A stretch of 63,794 nucleotides of DNA, counting the filler, from Octopus bimaculoides (lineage: Eukaryota): the NCBI RefSeq assembly GCF_001194135.2. It is 9 parts of 8 records of this genome, joined end to end, with 100 filler letters (N's around TTAATTAATTAA, not from the genome) between each part and the next. Parts side by side here need not be neighbours in the genome. Positions count along the whole stretch, not along the records: positions 9,070 to 14,280 come from NC_068993.1; positions 14,381 to 17,338 come from NW_026357280.1; positions 17,439 to 20,921 come from NC_068991.1; positions 21,022 to 36,246 come from NC_068981.1; 5 more parts are not named here. One strand, 5' to 3'. Below, one piece after another: positions 14,179 to 26,349 of the stretch; position 1 is the stretch's first letter, and every line of letters begins with the position of its first letter. Made by a program: the position numbers and the translations under genes. Below the pieces are notes generated by a model. The model was not told the origin of the DNA. It made no database searches and saw only the letters and a list, made by a program, of their open reading frames with translations.

Positions 14179-14280
14179 ACATCGTCGTCATCCTCCTCCT
14201 CCTCCTCCTCTTCCTCCACCTCATCATCATCATCACCATCACCATCACCATCCTCCTCCTCCTCTTCCTCCTCCTCCTCC
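14120..14280. repeat. (CAT)n/(CCT)n trinucleotide repeat
   Basis: Visible array. Confidence 0.9.
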
Positions 14281-14492
14281 NNNNNNNNNNNNNNNNNNNN
14301 NNNNNNNNNNNNNNNNNNNNNNNNTTAATTAATTAANNNNNNNNNNNNNNNNNNNNNNNNNNNNNNNNNNNNNNNNNNNNATATATATATATATACACAT
14401 ATATGTAAATATACAAATGTGTATATATTTAAACACACATATACATATATATACACATAAATATATAAGTATATATATGTGTGTATATGCAT

Positions 14493-14527
<35 letters not shown>

Positions 14528-14607
14528 CATGTGTGTGTATGTCTATGCTTGTGTGTATCGTTGTTGAGAATTCTTTCTCCGTCTTCCCTTCTTTGGACTT
14601 TTTCTAT

Positions 14608-14642
14608 ATTTCTGATGAAGAGCTCCGCTCGAAACGTGAAAT
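14608..14642 (+). ncRNA. Minimal type-I hammerhead motif (family 1), cleavage triplet mutated to GUG
   Basis: attt-CTGATGA-a gagc tcc gctc-GAAAC-GTG-aaat. Confidence 0.65.
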
Positions 14643-14738
14643 CCTCTTTGTTTTCTTTCCTTTGCTGAGCGTCCAATAACACTGTACTTGTACCACGTCC
14701 TTGCGATGTTCTTTTTCTTGCTTGTTCTTTTTTAGATT

Positions 14739-14827
<89 letters not shown>

Positions 14828-15261
14828 TAAGTAGATAAATAGATAAACTTACTTGGAAATAGATGCGTGGCGTTGAATCAAATAATAATATAAATAATAT
14901 ATATATGCATATATGGCTACAGGACGTTACAAACATTAAACAACATGAAATATGAAAACAAATGAGAGAGAAAACAACGAGAGTAACATAAAGAACGACC
15001 CTTCATCAGGTGTCGGCTCCCTATCTGTTCCTCATTTCGAGCATTGAACGACGATATGAGTCTTCGAAGACAGTTGCTCCCACAAATATCAAAATAAAAT
15101 TGAGGATTTTTGGAGGGTCAAAGTTGGCAACAAAAACACGATAGTGGAGACATACAAGGAAACCGAACGAAAACAAGCATGGAGGGTCGTTAGACCAGGA
15201 TGAGGGTAGAATCGCGAACGCTGGAGAAATGTTTTCTTTGTCAAGAGAAAAAGATATATGC

Positions 15262-15468
15262 TATACATATAAGATTCCAGTTCCTTGTGAGTAAGTTCCA
15301 ATAGTATTTAAAATTGGTCATTCCAAGCATAGAGTTTGTACACGGTGTTATTGAATGGAGGGTTTTATTTAAAGTCAATAACACCAGGCACAAACATTAT
15401 ACTTGGAATGACCAATTTTAAATACTATTGGAACGTACACACAAGGTAGTGAAAACTTATATGTATAC
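15262..15468. repeat. ~93-bp-arm inverted repeat / hairpin
   Basis: 15295-15327 is the perfect reverse complement of 15402-15434; imperfect pairing extends both ways; ~20-nt loop. Confidence 0.9.
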
Positions 15469-15598
15469 CATTCTGCTTAAATAATGGAACTGCAGTTACA
15501 ATATCCCTGCATATCTCACGTCTGTTTTCGTTCCTCCACTTCACTCTCTATTTCATATCTTAACTAGAATAACTATTGCTTAACCATTTTCTCACACC

Positions 15599-15646
15599 GT
15601 CTCCGATGAAGGGATATATAAAATATCCCGGAAAGAGCTGTAAGAC
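15599..15646 (+). ncRNA. Degenerate type-I hammerhead motif (family 2)
   Basis: gtct-CCGATGA-a gggatat ataaa atatccc g-GAAAG-AGCT-GTA-agac; homolog at 56443. Confidence 0.55.
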
Positions 15647-16606
15647 CTTCTCTTTATAAATTTTCTGAAATCTTTCACAGCCTTTGATTTTTATCTCATT
15701 CTGTTATTTTTTTTTATATATGCACATGCAGATATATGACCTATGTTGGACTCCTTATTTGCATAATCACCGAACCTGGAACTTAACTATAATTTGTCCA
15801 TAGCATTTACTCAGCATTACCTGACACCTTTGGGTCTTATTGACACCATTACCTCTCATNNNNNNNNNNNNNNNNNNNNNNNNNNNNNNNNNNNNNNNNN
15901 NNNNNNNNNNNNNNNNNNNNNNNNNNNNNNNNNNNNNNNNNNNNNNNNNNNNNNNNNNNNNNNNNNNNNNNNNNNNNNNNNNNNNNNNNNNNNNNNNNNN
16001 NNNNNNNNNNNNNNNNNNNNNNNNNNNNNNNNNNNNNNNNNNNNNNNNNNNNNNNNNNNNNNNNNNNNNNNNNNNNNNNNNNNNNNNNNNNNNNNNNNNN
16101 NNNNNNNNNNNNNNNNNNNNNNNNNNNNNNNNNNNNNNNNNNNNNNNNNNNNNNNNNNNNNNNNNNNNNNNNNNNNNNNNNNNNNNNNNNNNNNNNNNNN
16201 NNNNNNNNNNNNNNNNNNNNNNNNNNNNNNNNNNNNNNNNNNNNNNNNNNNNNNNNNNNNNNNNNNNNNNNNNNNNNNNNNNNNNNNNNNNNNNNNNNNN
16301 NNNNNNNNNNNNNNNNNNNNNNNNNNNNNNNNNNNNNNNNNNNNNNNNNNNNNNNNNNNNNNNNNNNNNNNNNNNNNNNNNNNNNNNNNNNNNNNNNNNN
16401 NNNNNNNNNNNNNNNNNNNNNNNNNNNNNNNNNNNNNNNNNNNNNNNNNNNNNNNNNNNNNNNNNNNNNNNNNNNNNNNNNNNNNNNNNNNNNNNNNNNN
16501 NNNNNNNNNNNNNNNNNNNNNTATATAATAAGAGTTTTTCTAGGTGTACTGATATTTTAATTAATTAAGTGGTAAGATACGTAAGTTGAATTTTTATTTT
16601 ATCATA

Positions 16607-16712
16607 GACCTGAAGAGTAACTATATTTTTGAGTAGAATTTAATCTAGATCAATTTAGTTTGAATTGTATTGATTTTTTCTGCTGTAATATAGCCACGAA
16701 ACGCGCGTAGTC
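16607..16712 (+). ncRNA. Type-I hammerhead ribozyme motif with long stem II
   Basis: gac-CTGAAGA-gtaactatatt...aatatagccac-GAAAC-GCGC-GTA-gtc; palindromic stem III ACGCGCGU. Confidence 0.7.
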
Positions 16713-17183
16713 AACCTATTACTCTTATTCTATTAATTTAATTTCATGTCTGATTACGTTTTGGATTAGTATTTTATAGATTTTTATAGATTTCATACGT
16801 TTCTTGTAGATTTTGTAGATTTTTAAATTAGTATTTATAGAGTACATTTTTCTAGAAGGTGATTGAACTCTTTCATTGTTTAAATTGTATATTGACAAGT
16901 TTTATTACTATACCCACTATGATTCTATCAATTCTCTCCTGCCCTTTCCTAACAGACACTATTCTCTAGTCTTAGATTTGATAAACAAGACTAATTAATT
17001 AAAACTGAACCAAAATCAGTGACAAGCTATGACCCAAACAATTTTTTTCTTGATGTGTTAGAAACTTCTAAGCTGAAGTGACAACAGCATGAACTTTGTC
17101 TGTCTTCTTACCCTATTTAGAAGATTTAAGTAAAATTATACAAATGTCTCCGACTGATTGAAAAGGGTTCTATTTATTTATTT

Positions 17184-17271
17184 ATACAGCTGAGGATAGC
17201 CCTGCATGTAAATTGATGTAATGATTGCATTGTTCAGTTAAATGGAGACGCTTGAAACGGTCGTACTGCAT
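17184..17271 (+). ncRNA. Type-I hammerhead ribozyme motif with long stem II
   Basis: atacag-CTGAGGA-tagc...gctt-GAAAC-GGTC-GTA-ctgcat; stem I 5 of 6 bp. Confidence 0.6.
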
Positions 17272-17302
17272 CACCTCTGGACATCTTGTTGATTATTTTG
17301 AT

Positions 17303-17335
<33 letters not shown>

Positions 17336-17589
17336 CACNNNNNNNNNNNNNNNNNNNNNNNNNNNNNNNNNNNNNNNNNNNNTTAATTAATTAANNNNNN
17401 NNNNNNNNNNNNNNNNNNNNNNNNNNNNNNNNNNNNNNATATATATATATATAAACAAATAGTAAATGAGTATATGTATATATACGTACAGGTATGTGCA
17501 TACCAACATCCACCTGTATGTATAAGTGCATATCTGGGTACAGGACATTGCAAACAAAACGTAGACGAGAAAACACACAAGTCACATAG

Positions 17590-17780
17590 AGAACATTCTT
17601 CTGTGTGTGTTTGTATATCTGTCTCTCCCAACATCGCTTGACAACCAATGCTGGTATGTTTACGTCCCCTTCGGTTAGCGGTTCGGCAAAAGAGACCGAT
17701 GGAATAAGTACTAGGCTTACAAAGAACAAGTCGATTTGGTCGACTAAAAGCGGTGCGTCAGCATGACTGAAACAAATAAA
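17590..17780 (+). mobile_element. SINE family B 3' half
   Basis: catcgcttgacaacc...gaataagtactaggcttacaaagaa, as in the 59630 copy. Confidence 0.75.
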
Positions 17781-18003
17781 ATAATCAATAGCAGAAGTAA
17801 AATGGTTTTTATTTTGAGACTTTTGAATTAAATGTCAGGTAAGAATTATCTCCCTTACATATCTTTCATTTTATGACATGAAGACGAGGTTGAGATGACT
17901 ATTGAGGCTTGCTTCCAAGTTAAGTAATATTATCCTATGCTCTGACATGTTCTTACAGAGAATGATTGACACTGCTTATACGACAGTGACACTCATTTAC
18001 ACA

Positions 18004-18350
18004 CGTGGAGGCGCAATGGCCCAGTGGTTAGGGTAGCGGACTCGCGGTTTCGATTCCCAGACCAACCGTTGTGAGTGTTTATTGAGCGAAAACACCTAAA
18101 GCTCTACGAGGCTCCGGCAGGGGATGGTGACGAACCCTGCTGTACTCTTCCACCAGAACTTTCTCTCACTCTTTCTTCCTGTTTCTGTTGTGCCTGTAAT
18201 TCAAAGGGTCAACCTTGTCACGCAGAATATCCCCGAGAACTACATTAAGGGTACACGTGCCACTTGCACGTTAATTTCACGACCAGGCTGTTCCGTTGAT
18301 CGGATCAACTGGAGCCTTCGACGTCGTAAGCGACGGAGTGCCAACAACAA
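18004..18350 (+). mobile_element. tRNA-derived SINE family C
   Basis: gcgcaatggcccagtggttaggg..gcggactcg..gtttcgattcccagacc head; homolog at 55924; (aac)n tail. Confidence 0.8.
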
Positions 18351-18904
18351 CAACTCATTTACAACTATAACATGATGTCAAAACAAGGTGACGCAAGCAT
18401 CCTTTTTCTCTCTCTTTCTCACACACACGATGGGCTTCTTTCAGTTTCTGTCTACCACTGAAAACTTTGGTCTGCTAGGGTCTGTAGCAGAAGACACTTA
18501 CCCTAGGTAACATGCAGTGGGTTTGAACACAGAACCATGTGGTTGGGAAGCTAAATGAAATAATTTCTATTTGTATTTTAGTTTAAAACTCACAAAAGTT
18601 CATTTCCAAAGATAATCAATGCAAAAGAACTATTTCTTTTATCAAGTATTGTAAACAATTTTTCACTCTGCTGTGAAAGATAGACATCACAGCAGACCAA
18701 TTAATTACAAAAACGTATGTGATTATTATATTTTTTTAAATGTGTGCGTTCATTTCATTTACTTACTGATTAGACTGCGGCCATGTTGGGGCACCACTTT
18801 GAAGAAATTTTTGTCTTATTCTACTGTTTTCTTTCACTGAACTGCTAAGTTACCAGAACATAAACATGCTAACTCCATTTGTCAAACATCAGTGGAGGGG
18901 ACGA

Positions 18905-19190
18905 ATACCAGCACAATAACACACACACACATGGCTCTTGTGAGGGTGACACATGAAATTTTTCGAGCGAGATCGTTGCCAGTGCCCCTGGGCTGGCTCT
19001 TGTGCGGGTGGCACATGAAATGCACCATTTTGAGCGTGGCTGTTGCCAGTACCGCCTGACTGGCCTTCGTGCGGGTGACACGTAAAAGCACCCACTACAC
19101 TCTCTGAGTGGTTGGCGTTAGGAAGGGCATCCAGCTGTAGAAACTCTGCCAAATCAGATTGGAGCCTGGTGTAGCCATCTGCTTTCACCA
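18905..19190 (+). mobile_element. Repeat family D with ~65-bp tandem modules
   Basis: gtaaaagcacccactacactctctgagtggttggcgttaggaagggcatccagctgtagaaac; homologs at 49180, 50160, 54830. Confidence 0.8.
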
Positions 19191-20049
19191 NNNNNNNNNN
19201 GATTAAAAAATAATGATAAAAGGACAGTTTAGGATTACCAGAAATTTGAAGATTTAATGAATGGAAGAAAGGTCTGGTAAGAGTTATCTCCCTTGGACCT
19301 TAAATTCTATATATAACGACTTCTCGGGTTATTTTTTTTCTTTGTCTTTCATTCTTTCGGGGTTAATAAATCAAGTACCAGTTGCGTACTGAGGTCGATC
19401 TCATCGACTGGCCCCCTCCCCCAAAATTTCGGGCCTTGTGCTTAGAGTAGAAAAGATTATAGTAAAAAAGTATCCTTTTGCTTTCTGCAGGATGACTACC
19501 GTGGCTTGCTTTCATGCTATCCACGCGTAGGGTATATACATGCTGTGAAGATCCAATCCCTTCCATAGGGGCTAGTTGTCAACGGCAGTATTTGAACTCA
19601 GAAGAGAAAGAGCCGAGACAAATATCGCATGGTATTCTATCTGGGGGCTCGAACGATTCAGCTACTCCATCATCTTAAAGTGGATATTTTATTTATCGAA
19701 CTCGAAAAAAATGAAAAGTAAAGTTAACCGCCATGGGATCTAGACTTAGAATGCAAAACGACAGAATAAATTCGATAAGAATTTTGTCTGAAACTGAAGC
19801 TTTTCAGTCAATTCTCCGCCTCGGCTACATTACTTCGAGAGAGAAATTACTCATAACACTTATTTTATTACGATTAAGCTTCTATCAGAGACTAGAATAT
19901 TATGCATACGCTCGTTTGTGTGTTTCTCGTGGCTAGTATGTTTAAATTAGCTATTATTTCCGTCGGCAGTGCTTACCAGTTGGTTGATTGTGACTTTTAT
20001 GAATGCCGAGTCTCACTCAACTGTCTGCAGATCAAATAAGTCTAACACT

Positions 20050-20635
20050 AATCTACGGGATCCATAATACCGGAGCTTATTTCTGTTTCGGAGATGTTCA
20101 AGGTGACTGAAGTGCATGGCTTACATCTGAATGGCACACCAGTTCGTCGCTTTTTGTGTGGTTGCACGTGACTGTTAGTTCCACAAGTACTATGGTCATG
20201 GAAGTTGGGGGTAATGATAAAAAGAGTACGATTGCGAACCCAAGTGGCTGAAACGGGGTTTCTCCGAAAGATCTCTGGAGTAACGTTATTTGACAGGGTG
20301 CATATCTTGGAGATCAGGCAGTCTTTCCAGGTCGAGCCGTTACTTCTCCACATTGAGGTTGTCACGGCTCTGGTACTACGGACATTTGATTATTCTATCG
20401 TAGGAAAGAATCGCATGGCAATTTTTTCTAGCCGAGTCAAACTGGCAGGAAACGAAGGAGTAAACATCAATAACGAGATGGTTGAATAATATACATGGAC
20501 ATAGCTTGGTCACGGCTTCGAAAGACAGCAGGAAAATGTTATGACAACTGCTTCAGGTAGGACCCTATAAAGGAGATGCTTGAGGACTCCAACCCACTCC
20601 CCCAGGAATGGTGGGCAGTGAAGATGGATGGATAA
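20050..20635 (+). mobile_element. RTE-clade LINE 3' fragment
   Basis: RVRLRTQVAETGFLRKISGVTLFDRVHILEIRQSFQVEPLLLHIE matches RTE post-RT region; ends in gatggatggat. Confidence 0.75.
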
Positions 20636-20689
20636 ATAGAATAGCTATGTATGACTCGATGCGACAATAGCAACAAATAAAATAATCCT

Positions 20690-20815
20690 TTCTACTCTAG
20701 GCACAAGGCCCGAAATTTTGGGGGAGGGGGCCAGTCGATTAGATCGACCTCAGTACGCAACTGGTACTTAATTTATCGACCCCGAAAGGATGAAAAGCAA
20801 AATCATATTTCCGGG
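20690..20815 (-). mobile_element. SINE family A 3' half
   Basis: Reverse complement of the 8740-8840 region. Confidence 0.8.
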
Positions 20816-21021
20816 TATTTCAAACCCCGTAATAATAAAGGTTTCAAGTTTGAATTCAAGTCTAGTAATTACAAGGGAAAGGGTAGAGTCGATTACATCG
20901 ATACTTGAATGGTACTTAATANNNNNNNNNNNNNNNNNNNNNNNNNNNNNNNNNNNNNNNNNNNNTTAATTAATTAANNNNNNNNNNNNNNNNNNNNNNN
21001 NNNNNNNNNNNNNNNNNNNNN

Positions 21022-21107
<86 letters not shown>

Positions 21108-21292
21108 TAGTATACGATATCGTGAGGCTATTGATCAAAAATATTGTGTTTACCGGAGGTTTGTACTGTTTGTCAAATCACAACACGGACAGACCATACT
21201 TTACACAATATGCGTGCAGTTGCAAATAATGCTGACTGTTGCAATACATCTAGATTGTAGGGTATATCTAAGGTTTTCAGATTTTTTTTCAG

Positions 21293-21364
<72 letters not shown>

Positions 21365-21378
21365 NNNNNNNNNNTCAG

Positions 21379-21433
<55 letters not shown>

Positions 21434-21470
21434 TTCTTATGATTTTTATTTTTATTATTATTATTATTAT
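21022..21470. repeat. (CAT)n, (AGT)n and (TAT)n arrays
   Basis: Visible arrays at 21022-21110 and 21293-21470. Confidence 0.9.
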
Positions 21471-24249
21471 TTGTGTATCACTGATGTCAGTTATTTTACC
21501 AGTTTGGTTTACTGAATTTAAAGCTACAATCTGTGTTTGAAATATCCTTGCCTGTCTTGCTTCTATACAGTATTTAATATGGATTCTTCATTCACAAATC
21601 GTAGTCTATGTTCCATGTTTTCTTACACATAAAACAAGTCTCCTCCATCATAACATCTTCAGAAATTACGAAAACACCTCTACTTAGACTGCGTTTCATA
21701 TACAGCCTTACAATATGCCTTTCTTTGCGAAACTTATTATATGACGCCATCAGCTTTGTCGTGGTGTTATGTATATACTGTAGTTCTTAGCGTTTCGTTT
21801 GATGATGACCTCACAGAATAAAATGCTTGTGATAGCGCGTTCGAAAATAATTTGGATAATATTCTTACTGTTTACCTGGGTTTAAATATATTGTCCTTTG
21901 CATAAATTCATTTTCAGTGTGCCTTTCAAGGGTTTTGAATCTGATACCGTCAGCTTTCAGAACCCTTAAATAATTGTACCCAGCCACTTTATGAATTTGC
22001 TTTATTTTCTAACCTGTATCACGCCCAATTCGTCCTACTTTATGCAATATTCTTTGCACATCAATATCCGTGAAGCGAGAATTTGTTTTTCATTAACTCT
22101 AATAATTTCAATTGCCCGTAAATAATTGTCGGTTGGTTATTTGTTCACTATCGGTAACTGTACCCTTTTGTGAACAAATGGTACAATGGTATAAGACAGA
22201 AATAACAAAAATGATTGCCTTACCAATTGAAATATTCTACTCTATCCTTTCTGTCCCTACTTTCTCACAGCTCTTCGTGTTTCTATCTCGCATTTAATTC
22301 TAAGAAACATTTAATATTAATTTTATATGAGACAGCATAATTTCATTTGTAAGCTATACAGAATATTAAGCGATTAGCTACAAATAATTTATAGCCGATG
22401 TGTAAATACAGCAGTTTGGTTTCGTTTGATTTGACACAGTGTGTGACGGTCATTGATTTCGGCACACAGTTTTTGCTTTTCTATAAAATATGTTTGTAGA
22501 AGTCTAAAGTCGATTCGATTCACAGTACATACTGCATACGATGGTTTGTGGTGTAATTCATAAAATCCTTTTTTTTTTCATAAATATAAACATACGTGTC
22601 AATAGTTAGGTCGCTTTTTCAAATCTCTTGGGGAGTAAATAATGTTAAATGTCCGACATTAACAATTGAAAGAAATTATAAATTTAAGAATAGCATGGAC
22701 ATTAAAAATATTCATTTACCTAATAACTTTTCCGTTCAAAATAAAAGTCGTCTATGGTTCTATCTAATTAACAATTAATTAATGCTCATTCCCTCTGAAT
22801 GTCATTCAAATAAATTACAAGATCAGTCTTCATACAATATGCCCTTGAAAATTTCATGCATTAGATTTAAATGCATCTAAAATTTTAAAATTGTTGCAAT
22901 GGGAAATGCTTCAATTTCAATATTTATGAGTAAAATCCGTTTCATCATAGATGGAAACAAATTCGAGAGCATAACTTCCTAACCATTTCAAATCAAACTC
23001 AATACAAACGAAATCGTATTTGAATGCTTTCAGGATTTTTAATCTGTAAATATATATCTATCTATTTCAAATGCTTAAAAGAGCAATATCTGAAGCATAA
23101 TATCATGGAACCAATTAATCAATATGTTGGTGAGAAGTAGAATATAATTGCATTGGGAATAAATACCAGCTATATATATATAATACATATAGAGTGAGAA
23201 AGCCAGATGTTGATAGAAAGAAAGAGAGAGAGATAAAGATAAGTGAGTGTGTCTGCGTGTGCGCTTGTTTCCGTGTTTGGCAGCTTGAACAAATGAGTCA
23301 CAAAAAGATCACATCTAAACTAGCTGCAGCGAAATATTTGTCACTTAAATGCTGAAAATTTAATTAAATATGAAACGGAATTTATGTAATATTTAAAAGA
23401 AATAATATACAGAGAATGAATANNNNNNNNNNNNNNNNNNNNNNNNNNNNNNNNNNNNNNNNNNNNNNNNNNNNNNNNNNNNNNNNNNNNNNNNNNNNNN
23501 NNNNNNNNNNNNNNNNNNNNNNNNNNNNNNNNNNNNNNNNNNNNNNNNNNNNNNNNNNNNNNNNNNNNNNNNNNNNNNNNNNNNNNNNNNNNNNNNNNNN
23601 NNNNNNNNNNNNNNNNNNNNTATATATACATACATATATACAGACAGACGGACAGACAGAAAGATAGATAGACATATACACATGCACATACACACACATA
23701 CATTTATACACGTATACATATACATACACATATACGTATATTCAAACCAAATCATATAAACAAACAATAAAATTAATAATAACAAGCAAGGGGTCGTGCA
23801 CAAGTAATATATTAGTTTGATGCTCATTAAAAGAATGGGTTTTTGATGTTTCGATGATAGTTCTTCGTCGAAAAGAAGAAAAAGAATGTCCAAAGAAGGA
23901 AAAGAAATCACCATGTGTGTATTTACATTGATTCATCCTTCATCCACGCCGAATGAGTTTCGCTTTCGATGTTGCTTCTGAAAGTAAAATATATTGTATT
24001 TAATGTATTTATAACTGTACATCACGTAGATGTATATTTAAGTGGTCTGAACTGAAGGCAGCGTAACAGATGGGCTCATATATAAACGAAAGATTAATCC
24101 TACCAAACCAACTAGCGGAAACCATTCTAACATATTGAATTTGAAACAAAATCGTGATACGTATTATATATGTGGAACTTACGTATTCGCTCTATAAACC
24201 GTGCCATTTTGCATTTTTCGGTTTGGTAGGCAAACCATGGCAACTTAAT

Positions 24250-25130
24250 TAATATCTTCAGATGAACCATCGGTGCCTTTAGCGGACACTATTCAGTCAC
24301 AGGCCGTCACCTACATCTATCTGGGAAGTGTGGCTGGCGTTACAATTTTGTCTAGAGTGAAAAGCAGTGTAAAATTAATTCTCTTCCGTAAACTTCTATC
24401 CAACCCAGAGGCCACACATAATTTCCTGCAAATAAACAACCTCCGTATCCTGCACAGCCCCAAGACACATAAATGTCCTAAATACCCTGGCCATTTTCCC
24501 CCTCAAAATTTAGCCCTCAGTAAATCATAAGTCTCTGCAAACTTATTGAATCAGCAGATTACACTCTCACAGCGATTTGTTTCACAACACATTCACAAGC
24601 TTCAAGCACGTCAACACAGACCTTATTGCACATCAACACCTCCGACTGGCTGCTGCTTCTCTAGTTTAATGTAAACTGTACCAAGTAACGACCCAGCATA
24701 TGCGTTTCAATGCAAAACAATTACAATTTATAGACATTATATTAAAACCATCTTAAACATATATTTTCACCTTATTCACAAAATCGAAATCCCTTGCCCT
24801 AAGTCCCCTATATATTTATGATAGCGCTACCCAAAATCAGAGCTTCAACAAGACCTAGAAAATCGGACGAAAAACATGCATCTACTCAAATTGGCAAGCG
24901 TCATTCAACACCGCAATGTTTGTAAGATCAACATTCAAACTGCGAAAGAATTGTCTGCTCATATATCCAAATTTGCAATCAACTTCGCTTTGACTACTGC
25001 GATAACACTTAACCGACCACCATGTACTCCAAAAAAGGTAGGCATATATGCCAAGTGAGGAAATAGGTTCTGTTCGATAAAGAAAAAATACCAGCGGCCA
25101 TGAAATTGGCCCTTCCAATCAATTAGGATC
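24250..25130 (+). mobile_element. Highly degenerate CR1/L2-like RT 3' fragment (tentative)
   Basis: Only weak motif traces (DW-LLL*FNVNCT resembling W..W.L.FN..KC). Confidence 0.3.
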
Positions 25131-25169
25131 AGGGACTGTTTGGCGGTGTACTGCTGGACTCATCCACTG

Positions 25170-25640
25170 CAACTATTTAAAACCTTGAAAAACCATTACT
25201 GCAGAAACATATTGCCATGAAATTGCCAAAATGAACGAAAAACTGATACTCTTCCCTCTCAGACTGGTCAACAGATGATCCAATCATTCTTCATGACAAT
25301 GCTCGACCACACGTTTCACTAATAACGCTCCAGAGGTTGAGGGAACTACGAAGTTCTTCCCCAACCAGCTTAATCTCCAGATCTTCCTCCTAGCGACTAC
25401 TCCGTTTTCAAGCACCTTGATAGTTTCATGTGAGGAGAGTACAGAAATCAAACCGATGTTGAATGTGCGTTAAAAGAGTTCATCAGATCCAGAACTTCAG
25501 ATTTTTATGTTACCGGAATAAACAAAATTGTAACTCGTGGGTAAATATGTGTATTTACTTTGATGAATAAAATTTTCGCATTGTTGGAATATTTTGTGAT
25601 GAATTCATATTTCAAACGTTGCTTAAGTTTTACTCAACCT
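25170..25640 (+). mobile_element. Mariner transposase 3' remnant
   Basis: TITAETYCHEI, IILHDNARPHV, EVLPQPA*SPDLPPSDYSVFKHL. Confidence 0.85.
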
Positions 25641-25812
25641 TATATATCGTGTCAAGAATATTTGTAATTTCCCCTCGGAAATATCCGTAGCTAATGCTAG
25701 TATAAAATTTGTAAGGTTACTATTATGTACATAAGCACATCTGAACATGAGCATTTGTGCATTTCAATTTGCAAAGAGGGTAATAGGTTATACAACGTAC
25801 AGAATTCAAGAA

Positions 25813-25844
<32 letters not shown>

Positions 25845-26349
25845 AATGTCTATTGAATGTTATCATCTCTGAGGGCAGTGCTTTCACCTGTCTCATAACA
25901 CAGCCCTTTCGGGAGAAAAAGTATTTGGTTTATACTTGATGCCTTTTGCAGTATAATGATTTACGTTGATTATATATTCCCACTCAAGGCTTGCCATCAG
26001 ACATTCAGGAAATAATGCGAAGTGATGGAATACATTCGTAGTCAATATGTATTTGTAATGGTGGTAAATAGATAGAATTATCAGAGCGACGGACGAAATA
26101 CATTACGTTATACTCCCAACTACCTATGTTTAGGTTCTGGCTGAAATTCTGCTACGATCAATTCTGCGAATCACTTTTCCGAGTCGGTACACTAAAACTC
26201 CGGTTTGAACTGCAAAGGAAAAGAGTAATACATACATGCATACATACGCTAGAAGCCACAGTATGCGTTCCCTATGAATCAGTCTGTCGGGTCATACTGC
26301 CACATGGTGCGTCTTTGTTTTGCAACGCTTCCCTCATCGTCGCTTTTTG

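Noticed and set aside
14985-15050. GAAA...CTGATGA order on the minus strand (and at 61866-61905 plus), suggesting a type-II hammerhead
   Set aside because: Stems I and III do not pair convincingly in either copy.
15794-16568. Long ORFs spanning N runs (also 42913-43736, 49240-50052)
   Set aside because: Open only because N codons contain no stop.
18004-18090. tRNA-like sequence (also 55924, 8627)
   Set aside because: SINE heads lacking a complete cloverleaf and continuing into repeat bodies; not tRNA genes.
21785-21825. Minus-strand CTGTGAG...GAAACGCTA
   Set aside because: Core deletion and no stem I or II pairing; too decayed to call.
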